From Candidatus Methanomethylophilaceae archaeon (GTDB lineage: Archaea; Thermoplasmatota; Thermoplasmata; Methanomassiliicoccales; Methanomethylophilaceae): 64,000 bases of DNA. The notes beneath the pieces are model-generated. The model ran no database searches and was not told the DNA's origin. It saw only the letters and a program-made list of their open reading frames with translations. Positions 20,161-30,981 of the stretch are shown here, one piece after another (position 1 is the stretch's first letter; each line of letters starts with the position of its first letter). A program made the translations under genes and the position numbers. Where the stretch lies: the NCBI GenBank assembly GCA_963591575.1, contig CAVATL010000001.1, forward strand, positions 33,036 through 97,035. The letters run 5' to 3'.

Positions 20161-21756
20161 ATGTCATCCTCGGTCGAACTGATTACGATTGAGAACGTAA
20201 CCAAAAAATTCAACGGTAAGCTTGTTTTAGATAATTTCAGTACCGTCATCCACACCGGTCAGATTACCGGGCTCATCGGTAAGAGCGGATCTGGAAAGAG
20301 TGTCCTCCTCCACATGCTGAGAGGTAACACCGAGTACGCCCCCGACACCGGACGTGTAATATATCACGTCAACCGCTGCGTCAGCTGTGGCAGGCTGGGT
20401 CTTCCGTTCGAAGGTCAGGTCTGCAAGGCCTGCCGCGGAGATATGGAACACCTTGATGTCGATTTCTGGGCCCTCAAGGAGTTCGATCCCCTCAGAGATG
20501 CCATCAAGGCACGCATCTCCATCATGCTTCAGAGGACCTTCGCCCTCTGGGGAGATCTCACTGTCATCGAGAACGTTCTCGAAGCGATTGACAAGAACGT
20601 TCCCAACCGTGTCGAGAAGGCAATTTCCCTTCTTGAGTTTGTCAACATGAGCCACAGGACCATGCACATAGCCAGGGACCTGTCCGGAGGAGAGAAACAG
20701 AGGATCGTCATCGCCAGGCAGCTCGCCAAAGAGCCCCTGTTCTTCCTGGCCGACGAACCCACCGGTACCCTCGACCCGTACACCGCTGACATCATCCATC
20801 ATAAGCTCGTCCAGTATGTGAAGGAGAATAACATCTGCATGGTGTTCGCCTCCCACTGGCCCGAGGCACTGGACCAGATGGCCGATGATGCCTTCTGGCT
20901 CGAGGGCGGAGCGGTCAAGATGTCCGGATCCCCCAAGGAGATCTCCGTCGAATTCATGAAAGGATACCATTTCGACAGGTCCGAGGTGGAGAACATCGGT
21001 ACCGAGCTCGTCAGGGTGAAGGATGCCGAAAAGCACTACTTCTCGGTCTCCAGAGGTGTCGTCAAGGCCGTCGACGGCGTTTCCTTCTCCATCAATGAGA
21101 GGGAATGTTTCGCACTCGTCGGATTCTCCGGTGCCGGAAAGACCACCCTTTCCAGGATGATCTGCGGACTCACCAACGCCACCAAAGGAAAGGTCGAGGT
21201 AAGGATCGGAGATGACTGGGTCGACATGTCCAAGGACGGTTTCCAGAACAAAGGGCGTGCAACCCCCTACATCGGTATCCTGCACCAGGAATACACTCTG
21301 TATCCCTTCGACACCGTACTTCAGAACCTCACCACCTGCATCGGTATCAACATGCCTGCGGAACTCGCCCGCATGAAGGCCATGCAGGTCCTCGTCAGCG
21401 TCGGATTCGAGAAGAAGGACCTCAACGCCATCCTCGAATCCTATCCCGACACCCTCTCCGTCGGAGAGTGCCAGAGGATCGCTTTCGCGCAGGTCCTGAT
21501 CAAGGAGCCCCGTATCGTCATCCTTGACGAACCTACGGGTACCATGGACCCCATCACCAAGCTCATCGTGGCCAAATCCGTTCTCCGCGCAAGGGAGACC
21601 CTCGGAGAGACCTTCATCGTCGTCAGCCACGATATGGACTTTGTCGAGAACTGCTGCGACCGCGCCGCATTCATGAGGGACGGAAAGATCGCAGGCATCG
21701 GAAAGCCCGATGACATGATCAAGAAGTTCGAGGAACTCAGAGGCCCTATGGAATAA
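20161..21756 (+). CDS. atwA: MCR system component A2 (ABC ATPase)
   Basis: Two ABC domains (GKSGSGKS, GFSGAGKT), CxxC..CxxC insert, 'HIARDLSGGEKQR'. Confidence 0.97.
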   Translation: MSSSVELITIENVTKKFNGKLVLDNFSTVIHTGQITGLIGKSGSGKSVLLHMLRGNTEYAPDTGRVIYHVNRCVSCGRLGLPFEGQVCKACRGDMEHLDVDFWALKEFDPLRDAIKARISIMLQRTFALWGDLTVIENVLEAIDKNVPNRVEKAISLLEFVNMSHRTMHIARDLSGGEKQRIVIARQLAKEPLFFLADEPTGTLDPYTADIIHHKLVQYVKENNICMVFASHWPEALDQMADDAFWLEGGAVKMSGSPKEISVEFMKGYHFDRSEVENIGTELVRVKDAEKHYFSVSRGVVKAVDGVSFSINERECFALVGFSGAGKTTLSRMICGLTNATKGKVEVRIGDDWVDMSKDGFQNKGRATPYIGILHQEYTLYPFDTVLQNLTTCIGINMPAELARMKAMQVLVSVGFEKKDLNAILESYPDTLSVGECQRIAFAQVLIKEPRIVILDEPTGTMDPITKLIVAKSVLRARETLGETFIVVSHDMDFVENCCDRAAFMRDGKIAGIGKPDDMIKKFEELRGPME

Positions 21757-21768
21757 GGAGGTCTGTTT

Positions 21769-22389
21769 ATGAAACAACAGATCGGCAGGCAGCTGAGCTT
21801 TGTCGAATGCAGGGACTCCCAGGGCCTGGGTATCGGAGGAGGTCTGGCACAGAGAGGTACCATCTCCGAGAGTGGCAAGGACGTCTGCGTCATCGCCATG
21901 GGTCCCGGAAGGAGGCACATCACCAAACCGGTCTGTGAGATCACCTATGCGCTCAGGGAGATCGGGATCAATGCATCCGTTCTTGTAGTAAATGCAGGGT
22001 CCGGAGTGCCCACCGACGCTCCCGATGTATCCACCGGGACCAGGTTCGGTCTTGATCCCATTGAGGCCGAGAGGATCCGCCAATACAAGGTCATTCTGAT
22101 CCATCTGGGTAATGTGAGGAACCACATCATCTACAAGGCAAGGCTCATCCTCAGGAATGTGAATCTGCCTGCCGTCGTGGTGTCCCAGTGCCCTGTGGAT
22201 TTCGAGGATTTTGCCGCCATCGGGGTGAAAACACGCGATGTCATGCCCGACGACGAGAACATCAACACCCTCGGTTCCGTCGAGGAGATAGTCACCGGTG
22301 TCGTGAGAGGCGTCACCTGCCCCCAGGAAAAGCTCGATGAGATCGCGTCGAAGCTTCAGAAGATCCTTCCGAAGGAGGGACGCCATTGA
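21769..22389 (+). CDS. mcrC: MCR operon protein C
   Basis: '[18 protein letters not shown]', '[11 protein letters not shown]'. Confidence 0.96.
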   Translation: MKQQIGRQLSFVECRDSQGLGIGGGLAQRGTISESGKDVCVIAMGPGRRHITKPVCEITYALREIGINASVLVVNAGSGVPTDAPDVSTGTRFGLDPIEAERIRQYKVILIHLGNVRNHIIYKARLILRNVNLPAVVVSQCPVDFEDFAAIGVKTRDVMPDDENINTLGSVEEIVTGVVRGVTCPQEKLDEIASKLQKILPKEGRH

Positions 22390-23897
22390 AGATCAAGGTC
22401 AACGGCAAGGAAAAGGTCCTGAAGGACGGCTCGCTGCTGAAGGATGCGGTGGCCGGAGAGAACTATGCGGAAGGCTCCCTGATATCTATATATCATTCAA
22501 CAGAGAGAATGACCCAGACGACCAATGATTTCTCCATCGTCACCGACGCGGGAGAAATGGTCCTTCATCTTTATGATACACCTGAAGCAAAGCTTTTCAA
22601 GGACCATGTAGAAGGAATAACAGGTTCCAATGTCAGGTGGGCGAACAAGGACCTGGTCGCCTTCGGTTCGTTCCCCACCGAGATCGCACATGACCCAGCA
22701 GAGGGAAATTACAAGAAATTCGAGTGTTTCTTCTCCCTGGGAGGAAACGACAATCAGACCACCTACCTGATGGTCTCCCGTTCCAATTTCACCAAGGCCT
22801 ACGGTGCGGGTTCCGGCAAGATCGGAAAGATAACCGTGGGGAGACATCTGCTCGATGTCATCCGCGAGGGCGAATCCCTCTTGGAGATCAAGCCTGTTGT
22901 CTCCGAGACCAGCAGGGACAATGTCACCGTTACAACGGATCTGGCACTTCCTCTCGAAGAGGGCTGTGCGGTCAGTACCGAGGTCTGTGTGAAACTCGAT
23001 CCGGAATCCCCCGGGGCCGCCGAACACCTGCTCGTGGTGTCCGCCAAGGGATACGTGAACGTATCCGAAGGCACCGGGACCTTCCTCGGATGTAGGGACG
23101 ACCTCGATGTGGACCTCAAGGCGGAGAACACCGCCGTCCGCGATGTTGGTACGGTCATGGTCCGTACCGAGGGAACAGGCCAGGGACACGTTCTGATGTA
23201 CAAGGAGAGACGCCCCGCCGCTCCTGGACTGAGCCTTGCCGGGACCGTTGAAAGAGGCATGTCCCTGGTGACCCTCGCCAAGGCGGGGGACAAAGTGACG
23301 CTGTCCACTGAACCTCCGAGAGTGTTATCCGTCGGAATGACCCAGGCGGCCGGTGAGAAGTTCCTTTCCAAGTACGGTGTGAAACAGGTCCGCAAAGGAG
23401 ACACCTCCGATTCGGCGATCATCGTCGACCAGGGTCCGGAGTCCACCATGGAGGCCATCCGCAAGGGAGAGGTTGAGACCATAGGTGTTCCGAAGGACCA
23501 GGTGTACAGGATAGCCATCAAGACCTCCGACGAGGCCACCATCCACTACTTCAAGAAGGTCACCGGACTGAGCCACAAACCTATCGGACAGCTGAAGACC
23601 CAGTTCTCATTCCCCGGGTCCCCGATGGCCACGTTCTACGGAGACGATGCAAGGTCCCAGAATCTCTATCCGCAGGACCCCTTCAAGAAATGTAAGAAGG
23701 GAGAGATCGGTGTGACCAACCAGTCGAGGCCTCACCACGGCCTCATCGGAATCAGGCTCGTCGACAGCAAACAGTACGGGCCCACCGGAGAGGAACCTTA
23801 CGGAACCAACCTCGTGGGTACTTTCCTCGGAGATCTGTCCCAGATGGAGGTCCTCGAGGATGAGCAGATTATCTACATCACGGAGGAGAAACTATGA
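22386..23897 (+). CDS. Methanogenesis marker protein 3 (TTG start)
   Basis: '[23 protein letters not shown]...GTN'. Confidence 0.9.
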   Translation: MKIKVNGKEKVLKDGSLLKDAVAGENYAEGSLISIYHSTERMTQTTNDFSIVTDAGEMVLHLYDTPEAKLFKDHVEGITGSNVRWANKDLVAFGSFPTEIAHDPAEGNYKKFECFFSLGGNDNQTTYLMVSRSNFTKAYGAGSGKIGKITVGRHLLDVIREGESLLEIKPVVSETSRDNVTVTTDLALPLEEGCAVSTEVCVKLDPESPGAAEHLLVVSAKGYVNVSEGTGTFLGCRDDLDVDLKAENTAVRDVGTVMVRTEGTGQGHVLMYKERRPAAPGLSLAGTVERGMSLVTLAKAGDKVTLSTEPPRVLSVGMTQAAGEKFLSKYGVKQVRKGDTSDSAIIVDQGPESTMEAIRKGEVETIGVPKDQVYRIAIKTSDEATIHYFKKVTGLSHKPIGQLKTQFSFPGSPMATFYGDDARSQNLYPQDPFKKCKKGEIGVTNQSRPHHGLIGIRLVDSKQYGPTGEEPYGTNLVGTFLGDLSQMEVLEDEQIIYITEEKL

Positions 23898-24319
23898 GCA
23901 AAGAGAGAGTGACGCGGCTTCTCATGATATCACCCAACTCAGATGTGACCACCGACCAGCTCGTCCGTGACGTGCAGACCATGTCCCATCACGTCAGTGT
24001 GAAAGAGACATGCTACGGCTGTCTCGTCGAATCCGATGAGGAGACCATGGCCGAGGTCATGAAGAAGGTGCGTTCGACCTACCACAACGAGGTCTTCTCC
24101 AAGGTCAGGGGATTCCCCGCCGGAGACCCTAGAAGGTGCCGCGCACAGCACGGTACCAGGCCCGGATTCTCCCAGCTGGAGGCGGAATGGGAATGCCTTC
24201 CGCTAATCCAGGCCGCATTGGACGCCATCGACGCAGGAGATACGGAATATGCTCCCCCCGTCGAAAAAACACAGTTATCAGCAACCAAATTGAAAGAGAT
24301 CACAGAGGCTTTCAGATGA
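23894..24319 (+). CDS. Methanogenesis marker protein 6
   Basis: 'KETCYG', 'RGFPAGDPRRCRA'. Confidence 0.92.
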   Translation: MSKERVTRLLMISPNSDVTTDQLVRDVQTMSHHVSVKETCYGCLVESDEETMAEVMKKVRSTYHNEVFSKVRGFPAGDPRRCRAQHGTRPGFSQLEAEWECLPLIQAALDAIDAGDTEYAPPVEKTQLSATKLKEITEAFR

Positions 24320-24753
24320 AGATATTCATAGATCCCCCAAACAGTATGATACTTTTCGATCTCGTGGAGAGAATGGGCCATGAGCCTCTGAGCACCATGG
24401 CGGTCCTTCAGGAGAAGATCGACAACATCGAGGTCGACATGCCTCCCATGAACGTCACCCTTGAAGACGTGGTCAAGGGACTCAAATACGCCGGTGTGGA
24501 GGTCCCTTCCGGTATCCGCGGCAGGCTCGCCGTATGGGGTCCGATGATCGAGGCCGCCGATGCTGCCATCATCATAGACAATCCCCCGTTCAGCTTCGGA
24601 TGTGTCGGATGCGACCGTTCGAACGAACTCGCCAAATACTGCATCAAGAAACGCGGGATCCCGGCACTGACCGTCAGCTACCCTTCCAATGAGGAGGAGG
24701 CCAAAACAATGGTTGGTCAGATCAGGGATTTCCTAGGAGGTCTGAAACAATGA
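24316..24753 (+). CDS. Methanogenesis marker protein 5
   Basis: 'PPNSMIL.DLVER.GHEPL', 'EVPSGIRGR', 'FGCVGC'. Confidence 0.93.
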   Translation: MKIFIDPPNSMILFDLVERMGHEPLSTMAVLQEKIDNIEVDMPPMNVTLEDVVKGLKYAGVEVPSGIRGRLAVWGPMIEAADAAIIIDNPPFSFGCVGCDRSNELAKYCIKKRGIPALTVSYPSNEEEAKTMVGQIRDFLGGLKQ

Positions 24754-25973
24754 CGATCAGAATCGCACAGCTGTCCTGTGGTACGGAGTACAGCGGAATC
24801 CAGTATGAGATCGAATCCGCGGCCCGTTCCGTCGGAGCGAAAATAGTCTATCCCGATGTCTCCTACAGTCAGGTGAAATCCGCTCTGGAACGTTTCGGTT
24901 TCACTCCCAAATCACCTCAGCTCCAGCTGATGATCGCCAGGGCCGTGAGCCTTGCCGACAAGCTCTACGACGCCGATGCGGTGTTCATCACCACATGTTT
25001 CAGGTGTGCCGAGGCCGCATTGGTCAGGAATGAGCTTCGCAGGTTCATTCAGGACAATACCAGGCTTCCTGTTGTGACGTATTCGTTCACTGAGAGGCTC
25101 AAAGCCTCTCAGTTGCTCACCAGGATGGAGGCTTTGGTCACCATCGTCTCCAGGAAGGAGCTCCTCGCCAGGGAACGTCAGACCGGTATAACCGCCGGTA
25201 TCGACTCCGGTTCTTCGACCACCAAGTGTGTCATCATGGAGAACAACAAGATCATCGGCAAGGCGTGGACCGCCTCCGGAGATGTTGTACAGTGTGCCAC
25301 CGAGGTCCTCGACGAGGCCATGAAGATGGCCGGTGTGGAGTACAAGCAGATCGAGGCCATGGGCACCACAGGTTACGGAAGGTTCACTCTGGGACAGTAC
25401 TTCAACACCAAACTTGTGCAGGAGGAGCTTACCGTCAACTCCAAGGGTGCTGTTTGGCTCGCCAACAAACAGCGCGGAGAGGCCACCATCATTGATATCG
25501 GAGGAATGGACAACAAGGCCATCACCGTACGTGACGGTGTGCCCGACAACTTCACAATGGGAGGAATCTGCGCCGGTGCGTCCGGACGTTTCCTCGAGAT
25601 GACCGCCCGCAGGCTCAAGATCCCGGTCTCCGAACTGGGCGATTATGCTGTCAAAGGGGATTGGACCAAGGCCAAGATGAATTCCTATTGTTCTGTCTTC
25701 GGTATTCAGGACCTGGTCACTCTGCTCGGAGCAGGCAACACCTTCGAGGATGTGGCCGCCGCTGCCTGTCATTCCGTCGCGGAACAGGTCTATGAGCAGC
25801 AGCTGCAGGAGATCGAGGTCAGGCATCCCGTCATCGAGGTGGGTGGAACTTCGCTCAACAAAGGTCTGGTCAAGGCCCTCGGAGAAGTCCTCGGCGAACC
25901 TCCGATAGTTCCGCCGGATTCCCAGTACATCGGTGCCGTGGGCGGTGCCCTGCTGAGTTCCGGATTGCTGTGA
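24750..25973 (+). CDS. Methanogenesis marker protein 15 (CoA-activase-like ATPase)
   Basis: '[12 protein letters not shown]', 'DSGSSTTK', 'DIGGMDNK', '[10 protein letters not shown]'. Confidence 0.93.
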   Translation: MTIRIAQLSCGTEYSGIQYEIESAARSVGAKIVYPDVSYSQVKSALERFGFTPKSPQLQLMIARAVSLADKLYDADAVFITTCFRCAEAALVRNELRRFIQDNTRLPVVTYSFTERLKASQLLTRMEALVTIVSRKELLARERQTGITAGIDSGSSTTKCVIMENNKIIGKAWTASGDVVQCATEVLDEAMKMAGVEYKQIEAMGTTGYGRFTLGQYFNTKLVQEELTVNSKGAVWLANKQRGEATIIDIGGMDNKAITVRDGVPDNFTMGGICAGASGRFLEMTARRLKIPVSELGDYAVKGDWTKAKMNSYCSVFGIQDLVTLLGAGNTFEDVAAAACHSVAEQVYEQQLQEIEVRHPVIEVGGTSLNKGLVKALGEVLGEPPIVPPDSQYIGAVGGALLSSGLL

Positions 25974-25981
25974 GGGTTCCG

Positions 25982-26557
25982 ATGACAGAACACAACACAA
26001 CGGTCGTGGGTACCGACGAGTTCGGGAACGGACAGTACCGTGCCCTCTACGAGGAGATCATGGGCGACGTGGGAAAGCTCGCCGCTGTGGAGAGATCCTA
26101 TCTTGTCCTCAAACCAACCGTTCCCCTGTTCATAATCTCCCTGAAGATGAAGGCCAGGCCCGCCGCCAGGACCATCGGTACCGTGGCGTCCACCAGGACC
26201 GAACAGGATACGGTCTATGTGAGCATCACCGACGAGCTGTATGCTCCCGGAATTTTAACTGCACTCTGGAACAGGTACGGAAGGGATAACGTCCAGCAGC
26301 TGGACAGACTGGATATCTCCGTTACAGGTGCGGAAAGTTCCTTCGAAGTGGACGAGATCGTGGTCGAATCCGACGAACAGCCCATCCAGGAGATCCTGGG
26401 AGCACTCTTCCGTGTGCTTCCTGAAGGGATCCGCGTGAGGCGCACCTTCTTCGACGGGGATGTGGTCACCATCGTCGCCACGGAGGAGAGGATGCTTCCC
26501 GAGTATCTGGAAGAGGGAATGAAGATCCACGATGAAATGCAGAAGGGGGCTGAGTGA
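25982..26557 (+). CDS. Methanogenesis marker protein 17
   Basis: 'RVLPEGIRVR'; position in cluster. Confidence 0.85.
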   Translation: MTEHNTTVVGTDEFGNGQYRALYEEIMGDVGKLAAVERSYLVLKPTVPLFIISLKMKARPAARTIGTVASTRTEQDTVYVSITDELYAPGILTALWNRYGRDNVQQLDRLDISVTGAESSFEVDEIVVESDEQPIQEILGALFRVLPEGIRVRRTFFDGDVVTIVATEERMLPEYLEEGMKIHDEMQKGAE

Positions 26558-27495
26558 TGTATCAGGTCATAATGTACGACGGAGGAGTGTACCGTTCCGA
26601 CGAACTCTACGAGATGATCGAGGATGTGGGCGGTGTGGTCCTTCAGAAGAACCGCAGTTCACAGATGCTTACGGTCACCATGTCGATCCCGTCCGAGGAC
26701 AGGGAGATGGTGGAGGCGCTTTGCAAGGACATCGGAGGACAGGTGAAGGAGGTGCCTCTTGCAGGTACGGAGATCGCCATCGTCGGTCCCACCCTGGGAC
26801 GTCACCACATGCCCCACCCCATCTGCGACATAGCCGAATATCTCCGGAGATGCGGTGCCGTCACCGTGGTCATGGGTCTCGCCAGAGGACGCGGAAAGAA
26901 CACGTCCCAGATCAACCTGCAGGAGACCTCGGTCATCGATGAATACGATGCCTGTGTCTTCATGCTCGGCAATTTCAAATCCTGCGTGGAGACAAAGGCC
27001 GAGCTGCTCCTCACCAAGATCAACGTTCCCACAGTTCTTGTCTGCGGACCGGAACCGGAAGGTATCGACGACACCTGCGACGCCATCGTCAGCGGAATCG
27101 GAAGGAAGGCCTCGCGTATGAGGGAACCCGCCGAGAGGAAGAAGCTCGAGGAGTGCGGGGACCGTATCGAAGAGGTTCTTGCCGAAAAGAAGAAGGCACT
27201 TGAAGAGGACCCGCCGTTCGTCCACCCCACTGAGATCAAGGCCCTGCTGGAGAACTTCGAACCCATCGACATGTGCCTGAGGCCTGCACCCCTGGTGATG
27301 CATCTTGACGGACTCAGGGCGAAGATCCCCTATGAGGAGTATCATGAGGCCATCGAGAATATGACAGTCTACGGACGCAGACTGGGAGATGTGTGCTTCA
27401 TCTCACCTTCGAAGATCGATGACAGCAGCATGCTCATCCGCATCAAGACCAGGTCCCAGGTGGCCTATGAGGATTCCCTGAAGGCCTCCCAATGA
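26557..27495 (+). CDS. Methanogenesis marker protein 7
   Basis: 'YDGGVYR..E..E.IED.GG', 'HHMPHPICDIAEYLRR'. Confidence 0.92.
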   Translation: MYQVIMYDGGVYRSDELYEMIEDVGGVVLQKNRSSQMLTVTMSIPSEDREMVEALCKDIGGQVKEVPLAGTEIAIVGPTLGRHHMPHPICDIAEYLRRCGAVTVVMGLARGRGKNTSQINLQETSVIDEYDACVFMLGNFKSCVETKAELLLTKINVPTVLVCGPEPEGIDDTCDAIVSGIGRKASRMREPAERKKLEECGDRIEEVLAEKKKALEEDPPFVHPTEIKALLENFEPIDMCLRPAPLVMHLDGLRAKIPYEEYHEAIENMTVYGRRLGDVCFISPSKIDDSSMLIRIKTRSQVAYEDSLKASQ

Positions 27496-27929
27496 CCGTC
27501 CGGAAGGGGACCTACGTCCTTTTCGTCACCTTCGACCGGGACATAAACATCACAGTGGGGGCCAAAGGCCCTCATCTTTTCGCTGCTGGCACATACTGTT
27601 ACGTGGGCAGCGCCATGGCGGGCCTCGACCAGCGTCTCAGACGTCATCTGGCACATGAGAAATGCCTGAAATGGCACATCGATTTTCTTACTGTTTCCTG
27701 CGACCGTTCCGAGGCCTGGGAATCCTATCCCGATTACGTCCCCGAATGCGACCTGGCACATCTGGTGGAAGAGTGCGGAGGGATCCCGGAGATGGACGGA
27801 TTCGGATGTTCCGACTGCGACTGTCGCACGCACCTGTTCAGAGTGTCCGGAGAGGTATGTGAAAAGGTGGTGTCCAGCGGTCGTCTGCACCGCCATTCTG
27901 CCCAGGCTGACGACCAAACTATTAATTAA
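27492..27929 (+). CDS. GIY-YIG nuclease family (DUF123)
   Basis: 'GTYCYVGSA', 'RL.RH', 'WHIDFL', 'GFGCSDC.C.THL'. Confidence 0.85.
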   Translation: MTVRKGTYVLFVTFDRDINITVGAKGPHLFAAGTYCYVGSAMAGLDQRLRRHLAHEKCLKWHIDFLTVSCDRSEAWESYPDYVPECDLAHLVEECGGIPEMDGFGCSDCDCRTHLFRVSGEVCEKVVSSGRLHRHSAQADDQTIN

Positions 27930-27984
27930 TATCATAGGTTACCAGACGACATATCCTGCCACACGTGGCCAGGAGGAAATTACT

Positions 27985-30684
27985 ATGGATTGCAACGAAA
28001 AGAACTGCGAACTTACCCCTGAAGTTATCAGTGCCCTCGAGGGTGCTGTTGGTGGAGCCAATGTCAAGACCACCGAGGGAGGAGTCACCGTTACTGTCTC
28101 CAGCACCGAGCAGGTAGCTGCCGTAACCATGATTGCCAAAAACGCCGGCGTCACCGCCGCCGTCTGCGGAAACACACCCATCACCGTCACCTTCTCCGAA
28201 GAGATGCAGACCGTCGAGGTCGTCCCCGAGGACTATGCCGTAAGGGCCAAGGCAGGAGCAACCTACAAGGCCGTCATGGATGCGGCCGCCGCACAGGGAT
28301 TCACTCTCGGATCCCGCCCGTACCATCCCTCCAGGGTCACCGTCGGTGACTGGATGGGCTCCAACGCACCCGGATACGGAACCTACAAGTACGGATCCGC
28401 CAAGGATGCCATCATGAACCTCGAGGTCGTCCTCAAGGACGGTACTGTCATCGAGACCGGTTACAACAACATCGGCGCATACATGTCCGCCTACAACCTC
28501 AACCAGCTCTTTTCCGGAGCCGAGGGTGCGATGGGCATCATCACTTCCGCCACCATCAAGCTCTACCCCGCAGGCGTCACCAAGTTCGTCGCTTACGAAC
28601 TCGCCGGAGGACTTGCAGAGGCATTCCCCGTTGTAGATGCGATCTCCCGCCACGCCAACCTCAAACCCATGAGGTTCAGCATCCAGCCCGGAGAGGGAAA
28701 GACCCTTTTGTTCCTCGAGTACCAGGGAGCCGAGAACTTCGTCGACGCTGATGTCGACGAGACCGACCTCATCATCGAGGCCAACGGCGGAAAGAGGTCC
28801 GAGGAGGTTTACAAACCTCAGTGCAGCAAGTTCCGCGCTGTAATCCCCCTCAGGAACCTCGCCAAAGCAACGGTCAAAGGCGCACTCGTCGTCGACAGGT
28901 ACACCGCCCTCGTCAGCTCCGACAGCTGCGACGACATCAAAGCCACCATCGAAGCATGCGGCGGAAGGAAGACCTGCGGATGGGCCTTTGCCGACGGAAA
29001 CCTCGAGAAGATCCACGATGCAGACACCGCCAAGTTCATGAGGAAGCTCGCCAACTTCATCGCAGAGCCCGATGTCACCGAGATCGCCAAAGAAGGGGAC
29101 AAACTTTCCCGCGACTACACCGACGCCATCCGCGAGATGCTCATCGAAGTACTCGGAAAGGACAACGTCAACGAGGCAGGCCCCGAGAAACTTCTCTACT
29201 GCCACGACCTTGCACCTCTTCCCAAACTCGCAGGAATCGCCTTCGACAACATCCCAGATGTCGTCGTCAGGCCTAGCACCACCGCCCAGATCAGCGCGGT
29301 CATGAAGGTCGCCTACAGGCACGGAATCGCAGTCACCCCCCGCGGAAACTCCACTTGGGGTCTCGGAGGAGCACAGCCCGCATACGGCGGTATCGTCTGC
29401 GACTGTTCATCCAAATTCAACAAGGTCGTCGTGGACGCCGAGAATATGGTCGTCAGGGTCCAGTCCGGTGCCACTTGGAAGGCAACCCTCGATGCCTGTA
29501 TGAAAGAAGGTTACATCGTCGGTTCCTACCCCTCCTCGTTCCCCGCAGGTACCATCGGTGCCTGGCTGTCCACCAACGGTATGGGTATCGGATCCTTCAA
29601 GTATGGGTCCGCCAAGGACAACGTCCTCGACCTCGAGGTCATCCTCCCCAACGGAGAGGTCCTCCACACAGGTTATGGCAACATGGGCAACTACAACTCC
29701 GGTCTCAACCTCAACCAGTTCTTCGAGGGAAGTGAAGGTACCCTCTGTCTGTTCGGTACCGTCACCATGAGGATTCACCCCATGGGAGTCGTCCACCCTG
29801 TCGCATACGACTTCGAGAACCTCGCCGATGCCAACCCCGTCATCCAGGAGATCATTGCCCACGCAAGCGTCAGGCCCCTCCACATCGCCTGGTCCGACCA
29901 CTACCACTTCGAGCACCAGAAGGACGCAGGACTTCACGTTCCCGATGTCAAGAACCTTCTCTGTGTCACCTTCCAGGGACAGGAGAGGTACGTCGATATG
30001 GAGATCGCGGTCGTTGACGAGATCGCCGCCAAATATGGTGGAAAGAGAGTCGCCGATGAGATCGCATCCCACGAGTGGGACGAGCGCTGCTACGAATTCA
30101 GGGCTAGGAAGGTCGGAATCGGTGAGATCCCTGCAGAGGTCATCGTACCTGCCAAATGCTGGGGCAAGTTCGTCGAGGAGAGCTACAAGGGATTCGATGT
30201 CATGAAGATGGACATCGGAGGAGTCATCGGAGTCATGGTCGACAACCAGACCACCCTGTTCATGCCCTACTACTTCAAGGACGACGAGCTCATGACCGGT
30301 ATGCTGTCCTTCTCGTTCAATATGTATCTTGGTGACAGGGCCGAGGTCTACGGCGGAAGGTCCACCGGATACGGTATCTTCTTCGCAGGAAATCTCGATG
30401 CCGCACACGATGCCAACACCATCGGACTCATGAGGGAGCTCAAGACCTACATCGACCCCCACGACGTCATGAACCCCGGACACCTTGTCTGCGGAATGAC
30501 CAAGTTCGGAATCGGAATGAGCCACAGGCTGTCCTCCTTCTTGTTCTCCATGATGCAGAGCATCAAGAAGATCATGCCCGCCGACGGACAGTTCCAGAAG
30601 AACATCCAGAGATTCAAGTTCAACCAGTACACCGAGATCAAGGCCGAGGACAGGAAGCACGTCCTCGGACGCGGTTACGAGTGA
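27985..30684 (+). CDS. Tandem-duplicated FAD-binding (PCMH/GlcD-like) oxidoreductase
   Basis: Two copies of 'KYGSAKD....LEV.L..G' and 'G(A/S)EG'; 'DPHDVMNPG'; AGGAGG RBS. Confidence 0.88.
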   Translation: MDCNEKNCELTPEVISALEGAVGGANVKTTEGGVTVTVSSTEQVAAVTMIAKNAGVTAAVCGNTPITVTFSEEMQTVEVVPEDYAVRAKAGATYKAVMDAAAAQGFTLGSRPYHPSRVTVGDWMGSNAPGYGTYKYGSAKDAIMNLEVVLKDGTVIETGYNNIGAYMSAYNLNQLFSGAEGAMGIITSATIKLYPAGVTKFVAYELAGGLAEAFPVVDAISRHANLKPMRFSIQPGEGKTLLFLEYQGAENFVDADVDETDLIIEANGGKRSEEVYKPQCSKFRAVIPLRNLAKATVKGALVVDRYTALVSSDSCDDIKATIEACGGRKTCGWAFADGNLEKIHDADTAKFMRKLANFIAEPDVTEIAKEGDKLSRDYTDAIREMLIEVLGKDNVNEAGPEKLLYCHDLAPLPKLAGIAFDNIPDVVVRPSTTAQISAVMKVAYRHGIAVTPRGNSTWGLGGAQPAYGGIVCDCSSKFNKVVVDAENMVVRVQSGATWKATLDACMKEGYIVGSYPSSFPAGTIGAWLSTNGMGIGSFKYGSAKDNVLDLEVILPNGEVLHTGYGNMGNYNSGLNLNQFFEGSEGTLCLFGTVTMRIHPMGVVHPVAYDFENLADANPVIQEIIAHASVRPLHIAWSDHYHFEHQKDAGLHVPDVKNLLCVTFQGQERYVDMEIAVVDEIAAKYGGKRVADEIASHEWDERCYEFRARKVGIGEIPAEVIVPAKCWGKFVEESYKGFDVMKMDIGGVIGVMVDNQTTLFMPYYFKDDELMTGMLSFSFNMYLGDRAEVYGGRSTGYGIFFAGNLDAAHDANTIGLMRELKTYIDPHDVMNPGHLVCGMTKFGIGMSHRLSSFLFSMMQSIKKIMPADGQFQKNIQRFKFNQYTEIKAEDRKHVLGRGYE

Positions 30685-30698
30685 TCTGAAACCCTTTC

Positions 30699-30726
30699 CC
30701 CCGCCGGCGATCCCGGCGGGGATTTC
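30699..30726 (+). terminator. GC hairpin terminator
   Basis: CCCCGCCGG-CGATC-CCGGCGGGG after the stop codon. Confidence 0.65.
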
Positions 30727-30904
30727 AAGTCGATTTTCGGTATTTTTGATGCGGATTGGGTCCTGCAAATTTTTGGGTTTAATTCCGATTTTGTGATTTT
30801 GGGACTCCTTCATATTGGTGAATTTTTTAGGAAATCCTCATAAAAATATACATTTTAATGTTATATTTTTTCGTCGACCCTTAATTCGAACATGTTCGAT
30901 AAAC

Positions 30905-30981
30905 TTTTATATAAGTCGCGTAGACATGATGTATACAATATGTAGACAAAATGTTGACATATTGTTGACAAATTGTGTACA
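30905..30981 (+). promoter_or_regulatory. TATA box followed by six TGTnnACA palindromes at 11-bp period
   Basis: TTTTATATAA, then CGTAGACA/TGTATACA/TGTAGACA/TGTTGACA/TGTTGACA/TGTGTACA separated by 3-bp spacers. Confidence 0.75.

Noticed and set aside
20227..22386. 719-aa minus-strand ORF and similar long antisense ORFs over mcrA, mmp15, the FAD oxidoreductase and mtbB
   Set aside because: Shadow frames produced by strong codon bias of the real plus-strand genes; no recognisable motifs
30919..30981. CRISPR array or simple microsatellite
   Set aside because: Units are 8-bp palindromes with 3-bp spacers, far too short for CRISPR; no cas genes; variation pattern does not fit slippage
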